DNA from: Catajapyx aquilonaris
Taxonomy: Eukaryota
Direction: 5' to 3'
Assembly (NCBI GenBank): GCA_000934665.2
Contig: JYFJ02004385.1
Coordinates: 1 to 32,533, forward strand
Length of the DNA stretch: 32,533 bases
Below the pieces are notes generated by a model that was not told the DNA's origin, did not search any database, and saw nothing but the letters and a program-made list of their open reading frames with translations. Each line of letters starts with the position of its first letter. Within the stretch, counting starts at the first letter, position 1. Below are positions 23,968-32,533 of this stretch, piece after piece. Position numbers and translations under genes: made by a program.

Positions 23968-24710
23968 AAGGGTCATTCAAATGAAAACAACCCAGGGTCA
24001 CAGCAAATTGCCGAACGAGTTTCTTGTGGCATCTTCTACACAAAACGAAGGTGGTACAGATGTAGAATTATGACACTGACAGTTGTAGATTTGATCATGT
24101 GATACAGTTGTTGCAGTGTGCCTTTGTTCAGGACCTCATATGAAAAAGACCATCCAGTCAGAATGATATGGAAGTCAACGAATGCTGAGCAGCAAGTGGT
24201 GATTTGTTTTTGAACCACGGAAGGTGTCAGGAGTACAGAAGTCCATCACCGTATGAGTAGGCCTACCGAGTACAAAAATGGTATGTCTTTGTCATATGTT
24301 AGAGCCTGGAATAAGAGGTTCTGAGAGGGGTGGTCGTCCTTGACTGGTGATTCCAGGCCAGAACAAGCAAACCACTTACTCCAAGCTCTAACACGTGATG
24401 AATACTTACTGTTTTTGTACTCGGCGATGGATTTCTGCACAGTACACCGGGCACATTTGATGGTTCAAAAACGGATCACTGCTTGTTGCTCAGCATTAGT
24501 TGCTTCCGTATCTGACTGAAAGGTGTTTTTATGGGTGTCCTGAACAAATGCACACTGCCACTGTGCCATGTGATAGAATCTCCAACTGTCAAGTGTGTCA
24601 TAAATCATAATACTACATCGGTACCAACTTCGTTTTGCATAGATGATGCCACGAGAAACTCATTAGGCAATTTGCTATGACCCTGGATTGTTTTCATTTG
24701 AATGACCCTC
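23968..24710. mobile_element. Long-TIR non-autonomous DNA transposon, Sola2-like
   Basis: ~250-bp diverged inverted repeats (23968-24217 vs ~24462-24710) with (G/A)AGGGTCATTCAAATGAAAACAA ends and 4-bp flanks ATAT/ACAT; superfamily inferred from the GRG end and 4-bp TSD. Confidence 0.7.
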
Positions 24711-25313
24711 ACATTTTAGTCCATGTGAAATGCTCCTGTAACTTTTTACAACCTGTTCTAACTCACATTCCGGATAGCTTGGTTTACAGGAAGACTGGAA
24801 CCAGGAACTTTTCATCAATATGGCCCAGGCTGGAAAAAATGGCCAAAACAACTGTTTTCATCAAAGTAAAACAAACTTTATTTATCATGTGAATGATAAT
24901 TTTTCCACTTTTGATATCAATTGGATGAGCTGTCCCCGACATGCCATCCCAATATACAATGTAACTCAGGAAGTCAGACCACAACATTACTTAACTGGCA
25001 GAGTACAGACCTTACGGTTGGAAACAGCTGTTACATCGAGATCTTGCAAGCATGCACACACGCATCTACACTTGCACATTTACACACAGGCAATCATTCA
25101 CACCCGCATAAAATCACACTGTATCCAACCCTGAGCGCTTACCTCTCTTCATCTAAAATGGTTAATCCACTTGGATTAATGAAAAAAAAATACTGCTGTT
25201 TCAAAAATCATTGGCATCCCATAAAACAAACTGCCCTATTATGCTTGTACACTCATTTTTTTTTTTGTCTAAATGACAATAACAAGGTCCCATAACAGCA
25301 AAGGCATGGCAGG

Positions 25314-25363
25314 TCAGCGTCCCACATTCTTGAGGAGAAGACGAAATGTTTCAGTTGATGGAT
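25314..25363 (-). CDS. TFCP2: TFCP2/gemini-like last coding exon
   Basis: Acceptor tttcttacag; (D)PSTETFRLLLKNVGR* resembles the LSF C-terminal hydrophobic-LK end; candidate AATAAA on the minus strand at 24877-24882. Confidence 0.85.
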
Positions 25364-26278
25364 CTGTAAGAAAGGTATCATAAATGTAAAACTAAACTTC
25401 TGAATGGTTATCACATATGAAGAACAAAAAAATTTGTAATGATTATGGTGAGGAGAATAAAGGAATTAAATGTAATTCTGTTTAGCATATTACATTACGA
25501 TATCTAGTAGTAGAAGGAAAGTACAAAACAGGCTGCATCACATCTCAAGTAGGATCCCACTTTTCTGACTACACAGCCATATATTTTCATGAACTACACC
25601 ATGCGTATTACAGAAGATAAATAGTGGAACAAAACATGGCCTCTGTCCTCTAACTACAGATTACAATCCGTCAGTATTTTGAAAACAATACTGAAATTAT
25701 GGAGGGCTTAGTCACTTGATACTATAGTGTACATTTCGACCAAACTTCAAGAGCTTCAGTCGGACATCAAGGACTTCATGAACTTTTTGTTCGGACTTCA
25801 CTGGACTTCAGTCTCGGTGCACGAAAGACTTCTTTAGTGACTAAACCCTCGGAAATTATACTACATGCACAGACATCTTGAGACAAAAGTACAGTGAAAC
25901 CTGTCAGCGTGCAAGTCCCTCCATTACAAGATTTGTTTTTTGGCACCGAACATGTGACCACTTGATGTGAAAAAAGTACACTCAAATTCACCACCAACAC
26001 CAGTAATAAAGATTAAGTAACAGACATGTTTTCATTAAACCCAGGGTCCATTACAGTTAGGTTTTACACTACTTAAATTCTATCATGGTCCAGCTAATGA
26101 GTTCATTTGGTATCAAATTCAGTATCACAGGAAGAAGAAAAATAATACAGTTAGGAACCACTGTTGCAAATCAAACAAGCCTGCATGCATAAACTTTTAA
26201 ATCTCAGGGTATTTTATTTCACTGCTGTAACAGTGTTATATTAGATTGCAATAACCCCAAAATACTGCACTCACTCAC

Positions 26279-26523
26279 CAGATAGCACATGGAGACAAAA
26301 CATTGATTCATTCCTCAGGTTGCGAACCACCTCGTCGGTAATGACAACATGGATCCCGGAAGGGCCCTGGACAAAGACATCTCGCACTTGAATGATGCGT
26401 ACTGCCAACAGTTGGGCCAATTTCCCCACCAGTTCACTGTACAGAGCTTGCTCCAAGTACAGTGCATGGAACACTTGGTCTGACTCCTGACATATATACA
26501 GGGTGAGAAGGGGTTCAGCAGAC
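26279..26523 (-). CDS. TFCP2: TFCP2/gemini-like C-terminal (ubiquitin-like dimerisation) exon
   Basis: LTLYICQESDQVFHALYLE...VFVQGPSGIHVVITDEVVRNL; acceptor ttttcag, donor G|GTGAGT. Confidence 0.93.
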
Positions 26524-26890
26524 CTGAAAAATTGGTTCAGCTTTTTACAATCAGAATCAACTAGAAAAAAGGGTGTATAATAAGCTTATGGCCATCTGTC
26601 CAATCCAGAGAGGAATATTTCTAAAATAATGCAACTGTATTTTCAAATATCTATATCATCACGGGGCATACAGGAGAAATCCACTGAGTAAAAAAAAATC
26701 AGTTGTGAGATAATCTAAAGTCAAGATTTGAACTTGCACTTGTTTATATGTCAGTGCATGCAGAATTATGAATTGTTAGGACTAAATGGACTTCACCAGG
26801 AAATAGTGTTGAGTCAATGCTACTTACGTGGTGTTAATAACTCAAAACTGCCAAAATTGGCCTACTGGATTTCTCCTGCATGCCAAGAGA

Positions 26891-27594
26891 CGAGGGCTGT
26901 CAATTAAATTGTAGCAACACATCTCTAGAAAAGCAGTGAAATGTAGAAAGTTTACACTGCTTATGCCACAGATAGGGTGGGTCTTGATCTAACCTCAGGA
27001 CATAATGGGATTGTCCTACCTCAATATGCGTATGAGCAGTAAAGAGTATACTGTGAGCTGTTGCGATCAACAGGTCTAAAGGTGATGTTTTCCAAATTTG
27101 AGCAAAGGTGCTGTTAAAAATTGAAAATTTGTCATGAAATGCTTTTACAGGCTTGTGGGGAACATGCATTGCTATATAGAACGATTGCAAGGTGGGCAAA
27201 AGCCTTCTGTCAGAGAAGGCAAAACGTGACATATGAGCCCCATCCAAATGCAAGTGAGGAGCAAGTGGCTGCTGTTTCCGCATTGATGGAGAACGATCGG
27301 AGGTAGACAGTTCGTGAGTTAGCCAGTGAGACAGGCTCATCGAGTATGACTATCCTGAACATTCTCAAGAAACGTCTGGGTATGACTATCACAGACCTTC
27401 GCGCTTTTGACCGCTCTATACGAAACAACAACCAACCAAGGGCTGCCAACGGCATCCTTAGACTTCCACATCGCTAATGACGGGTGTTACACAATGCTGG
27501 TGACTACAATGAAGGACTCTGAAAGTTTGAAGCTGCCATGTATTTCCAGTCCCAAGTAATTAAATAGTTGCCACTATTTTATTTACAGCCCTCG
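26891..27594 (+). mobile_element. Internally deleted mariner element with transposase remnant
   Basis: TIRs CGAGGGCTGT(C/A)AAT(T/A)AAAT; remnant CHEMLLQACGEHALLYRTIARWAKAF...ENDRR*TVRELASETG (mariner HTH region) joined to C-terminal GILRLPHR...VLHNAGDY; stops present, catalytic core missing. Confidence 0.9.
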
Positions 27595-27760
27595 TATAAT
27601 CCTCAGGGATGTCAGGAGTGTTTATTGTCCAAGCATTCTTTGATGCAAGGCAGAAAACTTTCAGTGTCACAATTACCCCTTATGCTTTTGCCAAAGTGCA
27701 ACATGCTGATTTCTATGCCTGTTGCAATTGATCTAATCAGTACTTGTAGTATATACTCAC

Positions 27761-28108
27761 TTGCTGTGAAGTGCATTGTATAGCCGGATACCATCAGGTA
27801 GCCCACATATTTGTACAAGGTCTTCCCTAGTCAGACGCAGGAGGTCTGAGCCAGAGAAGTTGGCAAAGGTGCGACAGTAGGCCCCAAAGCGATTTGTCTG
27901 CAGCCAAATGGCCGTGTCTGAAGCGCTTGTGTCCGACTGCAAGAAGAGGTGCTTTCCAGGACCCACCTCAGTCTGGGAGTGGGAGTGCGAAAGGGAGTAA
28001 TGTGACGAAAGGTGGTAGGTGCTCACACGACCATCAGGTGAATCTTGCTCTGCTCCGTTGGGGCTCTCTTGCCCAACTAATCCGGCTGCTGACACAGCCA
28101 CAGGGACA
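27761..28108 (-). CDS. TFCP2: TFCP2/gemini-like SAM-domain exon
   Basis: WLQTNRFGAYCRTFANFSGSDLLRLTREDLVQICGLPDGIRLYNALHSK, the LSF-subfamily SAM motif; acceptor tacctcag, donor AA|GTGAGT. Confidence 0.95.
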
Positions 28109-28384
28109 CTGAGGTACAAAAAGTTAAGTTACTGTGATGACAATGAAAAAGGCACATTAAAAACCCTTAAAAAATAAAAGCTCAATTTGGAATCTTTCAA
28201 CATGAACATACTTTTTGGTAATACAATATTAATATAGATGATAATAATAATAATAGATAAGATTAATTACAGTTGTGCCCTTGGTAAGCTGTGCACTACA
28301 AAATAGTATTTTCCAAGGATCAATTATAACCTACAGCTGGGCAGATGTCAATGGCTTTAACTAGAGGAGAGATGGTTGACAAAC

Positions 28385-28599
28385 CTGGGCTCCTGCTGCA
28401 CTAGAAAACCTCCATTCATGCCACCTCCTCCGCTTCCCCCAACATTACTTCCAGCGCTTGTCACGACACTATTAGCTCCTCCTCCACCCCCTCCTCCACT
28501 TCCGTTTCCTCCTGCAGAAGTTCCCCCAGCTGCCGACGTTGGTGCAATAGCAGCCATAGTGACTGGCATTGTCCCAGTGTAGACTGCATCTAATGGGAG
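28385..28599 (-). CDS. TFCP2: TFCP2/gemini-like Gly-rich linker exon
   Basis: Acceptor ctgttccag after a 63-nt intron, donor AG|GTTTGT; LPLDAVY...GGGGGGGANS...QQEP; phases fit both neighbours. Confidence 0.82.
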
Positions 28600-28662
28600 C
28601 TGGAACAGCAAGGAAAATTTTTAATTCACTTTCTCTTCATTGATTTGGTCATACAAACTTAC

Positions 28663-29139
28663 ATCTGTGAGAATAGTGCAATGGCATGATGGCTGATACT
28701 TTTGAAACTCCGAAGGAGGACGCTTCATGATCTTCTCACGATCCTGCTTATGTTTACGGTCAGCTCCCTTCAGCTTAAAAACCTTAACCTGGCAAGCTCC
28801 AGCATGCAGTCTCCGCTGTGGATGCCTCTCCGTGGCCTGTGAGTAAGTTTCCACCTGGATACGGAATGGCACACCTTTTTCTCCTCCGTGTTTCTTTGGG
28901 GTGAATTCAGTGCTGATACAGTTCACCCGGATGTACACCCCAACTTCCTTAATGGGGTCCCAGGAGAATTCAACCAGGTTCAACTGTGTAGGATCTTGAT
29001 ACACATCAAAGAGGCCATATGACAGGGGTAGATCCACCTCTAGGATTCGGTCTCCTGGTCGACTTTGCTGCCACGCCAGCAGTTGCTCTCGCTCAGTGTA
29101 CTGCAAGCGGCGCTCATGAAAGCAAACCCGCACCACTGA
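28663..29139 (-). CDS. TFCP2: TFCP2/gemini-like CP2 DNA-binding domain exon
   Basis: FHERRLQYTEREQL...VNCISTEFTPKKHGGEKGVPFRIQVET...CQVKVFKLKGADRKHKQDREK; 477 nt, phase 0/0, donor GAT|GTAAGT. Confidence 0.97.
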
Positions 29140-30358
29140 CTGCAGAGAAGAAGTGGGTTTCAAGTTTAGGCAGAGGATAAACCATGCAGTTCAACAGCCT
29201 TAGTAGAAAGGCCACGTTTAAATTTTCTACACATATCTAGTACACAGGATGGTGCCAAATAGAGAAGAAGACTAATGGTATATCCTAAACAAGTCATTGA
29301 CACATGTTATTCACATAAGCTCAATCACTGGTTTTGGATTTATCAACCACACCCTAAAGCACATGTGGTTGAAAACATGCTCTTGTCAATATCTTCATAC
29401 ATGAATCTATGTAACCTCTTGGCACAATATCTCCAGTACAGTGTTGGACATTTATCGAGGCATACTGCTAGCGACATTTTCTGAAGCGGCAGAAGGAATC
29501 TTGGTCCAACACTGTACAATACAAAAATCATTGTATGGGCTCATGTTTTCTCAAATCTCCAATGCTATCCAGCCTAAATGCAAAAGGCCAGATATTTACA
29601 AATTTCCTGAGAAAATGTGAGATTTTCTCCTCACAACATGGCCACATCTCGACGTAATACATAATGTATGTATTTGTGCTTGGATAGATATGAACAGGAG
29701 TGCACATTGTGCACCAGGCTGGTAGCAAGGGGCACAGGCACATTTGGGCTGACCACACCCAAACAGGGGTGAAAGAGAGAGGGCTAAGTTCAGTCTGGCT
29801 TGGCCAGTAAGGTAGAGAGTGTTGCAAGGTGCCCAAAGAAGAAATGAGGACATTGTTATTGTAGATTGGCAACTTGTGACGAGCTCATACAACATATGCC
29901 AAACTGTGCCTAACACTTTCTAATTTGTAATTAACCAACTTGCACTTTAATAGCTGCATTTAAATGAAAGTCATGTAATGACCTTGCGGAGAGCACTGTG
30001 ACCCTGCGGCCTACAGATCCAGTACCTCATTTTCCTCATGTTGCGATTAAAAGTCATAAAAAATGGTATCAGAAAACTTCTGACCAGATCTGTGCTAATA
30101 CATATACTATGATCAAACACAAAACCAATATGGATATTTTAAGACCAAACTAATTAAACACCATGCATGGCAAGTTGCCATTCAACAGATCTTGGAAATA
30201 ATATGCAGATTTGGTAGAAAAGTGATTAGTTAGAGATGTATTCTCGCTCTTCCTACAAAACATACAACTCGCCTGAAGTTGCCCAAATGACACTAAGGAA
30301 CAAATTGCAAATGCAATGAGCACTGTCATAAGAGGCATGGCTTGCTGTACTTGTACGC

Positions 30359-30429
30359 TGCCCCTGCCAGGAATCGAACCTGGGTCCACACTCACAAGAG
30401 TGTTTGCTCTGCCACTGAGCTACAAGGGT
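30359..30429 (-). pseudogene. tRNA-like pseudogene (Thr-TGT-like) or isolated SINE head
   Basis: ACCCTTG/CAGGGGC acceptor, GCTC/GAGC D-arm, CCAGG-TTCGATT-CCTGG T-arm; anticodon arm ACACT-CTTGTG-AGTGT has only a 6-nt loop. Confidence 0.6.
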
Positions 30430-30540
30430 ATAGATATGTACAGGTCTACCACATCTCAATAAAATAGGACCACAACTCTGATGATTCCTCATCACACCTA
30501 CGAAACTGACCACTACTTAATTTGGAAATTAGGAAGAACC

Positions 30541-30824
30541 AGGCCGGGTTCGATCCCCGCCCGGGAGTTCCCTTTCGCCTGCGTCAGGGGGTCTCTGACC
30601 CGCGCCTTGGAGGCATCTGGCAACCTAACCTCCTGGGGGATTGCACATGACCCATTTTCAGACATTGCACCTGCACCTATGTTCCCTCCCCAAAAATCCC
30701 CATCCTTACCCCATGTCCTTCCTTGCATGGAGTATGAAGAAAAATCCGAAAATTGAATGGAAATATGGTGGTGCTCCATCCCCCTAAGAGGGCCCTATCA
30801 CGGGGTAATACACAAAAAAAAAAA
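30541..30824 (+). mobile_element. 5'-truncated SINE of the 11364 family
   Basis: GGTTCGATCCCC...CCGGGAGTTCCCTTTC...CTGGCAACCTAACCTCCTGGGGGA matches the reverse complement of 11364-11705; ends ATCACGGGGTAATACAC(A)n. Confidence 0.88.
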
Positions 30825-31146
30825 CTCTCTCTCTTGACCACATAAAAAAATCAGTCGTAATTTGTTTTGACTCGCCCTCACATATTCAGCCTAATACGTA
30901 TTAACAGTAAATATTTTAATAACTATGACAAGTAACTGATTAATCAGCACCATATAATGAGGTTTGAAATAAATAAAATAAGTAGCTTGGCGGAATAAAT
31001 AAGGTAACTAAAACAGACACCTCCATTGCAACACACATCTATGAGGGCTTATCAAGAGCAATAGGCCTCATAAAGCAATGTGATTGACCATTTCATACCA
31101 TTCATTAATGTGCCTCAAGTTCGGGATGTGAAGTGCCCTTCCTCAC

Positions 31147-31291
31147 CTTAACAACTTTGCCCCTGAAGGCAGAGAGTTCACCCAACTTCTTCAACTTGAT
31201 TTCATAAGATTGACCTTGGTTCAAATAGGTCAACGTCTCCTCATTCATCTTGCAGGCCACTGAGGTTGCTGCAGCAAGGACGTACTGGAAT
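31147..31291 (-). CDS. TFCP2: TFCP2/gemini-like CP2 DNA-binding domain exon
   Basis: FQYVLAAATSVACKMNEETLTYLNQGQSYEIKLKKLG, the LSF/CP2 signature; acceptor ccttccag, donor AAG|GTGAGG. Confidence 0.96.
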
Positions 31292-31391
31292 CTGGAAGGA
31301 GATGCTTTGTCAGAAGCAGTCTTATATGTAGATAGACTACGGTACACAAATCTATGTAACAATATTAATCTGCCAGCAATCAGCAACTTGC

Positions 31392-31536
31392 CTGTTGTCT
31401 TCCCCCAAATCCGTGTCATTAATGCGCTCGTACTGATTATATTTGTCGAGGTCACTGTTTTCTGATGAGGATGGAACCAGAATTCCAGCAGCTCCCTCTT
31501 CTGGAGAATGTTTGATGGTGCCCCCAGTTGATGCAC
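31392..31536 (-). CDS. TFCP2: TFCP2/gemini-like exon preceding the CP2 DNA-binding domain (earlier exons not resolved)
   Basis: Acceptor ttttaatttccag; ASTGGTIKHSPEEG...TDLGEDN(R); GC donor AG|GCAAGT joins in frame to give EDNRFQYVLAAATS. Confidence 0.72.
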
Positions 31537-32446
31537 CTGGAAATTAAAAGTTCCAAATACCAGGAATCCCATGCCAAGTATATCCAGTATGATCACATGA
31601 TCTTCATCAAATGACATTAAATTGACACAGGAGATCCACTTCGTATTATATGAATAAATCCCAAATAAATTTTAAGAATCTAGCACAATCATTAACAATA
31701 GCTATAGATATGAATCTCATGTGTTGTGACAATGTTTTGTGGCAAGTAGGGAGAAAACATCATGTTGCAGTATGTGGCCTTTTCACTTTAAAAAATAAAT
31801 AAATAAATAATAATAAAAAACAAACTTTAAAAATCACACCAGTTAAAATGGGCCAAAATTAGGTTAATATATTTTAGTGATGTCACATTCTTTCCTTTGC
31901 AAAGGTGGCAGTAACTTCTGACCTCCCAATTTTAGCAAGTGTTGTTTCCCCAACCTTCATCAACATGCCCTATCCAAAAATTAACACAACAGGAATAGGT
32001 TTGAACGTAAAATTTAAATGCTATTAACCGCACAGTTACAGCAGCACATGCCTACTGCAGGGTTAGTCACCAGGCTTCCATGGCGATTTGGTGGGTGCTT
32101 AAGCTCTACTGACAAGGCACAATGACTTGGTCTGTGGTGGGGCCCTTGGAATTTTCCTAGTCAAATATACATACCCTGGCAAGGGGCACTGCCAGAGAGA
32201 GAGAGGTTGATGAATGTTTGCAATTAATGTTGCTCATGTTGCTCAAACACATAGCTGAAGATGCTTCTAACATGCTTAGTGGAGTACACAGTTGTGAGAG
32301 ACTTTGTTTTCTCAGACACAAACAAGCCCTAGCCACCCAGAGCAGCCAAACATATGACCTTTCGAAATGGTTAGGAACAGTCTACATCAACAACATGCAA
32401 ATGAAGATTTTTCGTTTACTTCTTACCTCAATATATATATATATAT

Positions 32447-32533
32447 ATCTTAATCTATAAATGAGGAGAGTTTGTTTGTTTGTCCCTTATAGAAATCCAG
32501 GGGAAAGCCCCTACACCGCCTTAAATTAGCATA
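32447..32533 (+). mobile_element. Probable 5' end of a non-autonomous Helitron (cut by window edge)
   Basis: ATCTTAATCTATAAATGAGGAGAG(TTTG)3TCC following a (TA)n run, typical of arthropod HelitronN 5' ends. Confidence 0.55.

Noticed and set aside
25741..25812. Repeated GGACTTCA-like units
   Set aside because: Degenerate minisatellite; no repeat-spacer structure, and CRISPR is implausible in this eukaryotic context

Overview
Eukaryotic, arthropod-like genomic DNA with three intron-containing genes, all on the minus strand. (1) The 5' part of a CLASP/Orbit/Mast gene: five coding exons, ATG at 12339, continuing off the left edge. (2) A complete 11-exon gene (21953->15572, ~704 aa) for a type I membrane protein with a signal peptide, a Ser/Thr/Pro-rich segment, LolA/ependymin-like repeats, a SEA-like juxtamembrane module, one TM helix and a short tail. 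(3) The 3' part of a CP2/LSF-family transcription factor (TFCP2/gemini-like): seven exons from 31536 to the stop at 25314, including a GC-AG intron. I built all exon chains by hand from splice sites and every junction is phase-consistent. Non-coding DNA is rich in small transposons: tRNA-derived SINEs with TSDs and a shared 3' tail, Tigger/pogo-like MITEs, a deleted mariner, a Harbinger-like palindromic MITE, a long-TIR Sola-like element, a hAT-like MITE and Helitron-like ends. The highlights are the uncharacterised LolA/EPDR-like membrane protein, the CLASP-TFCP2 linkage that mirrors human CLASP1-TFCP2L1 and CLASP2-UBP1, a possible dual-frame exon at the GC-AG intron, and a modular SINE system. 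Family assignments come from recalled motifs; no database search was run.
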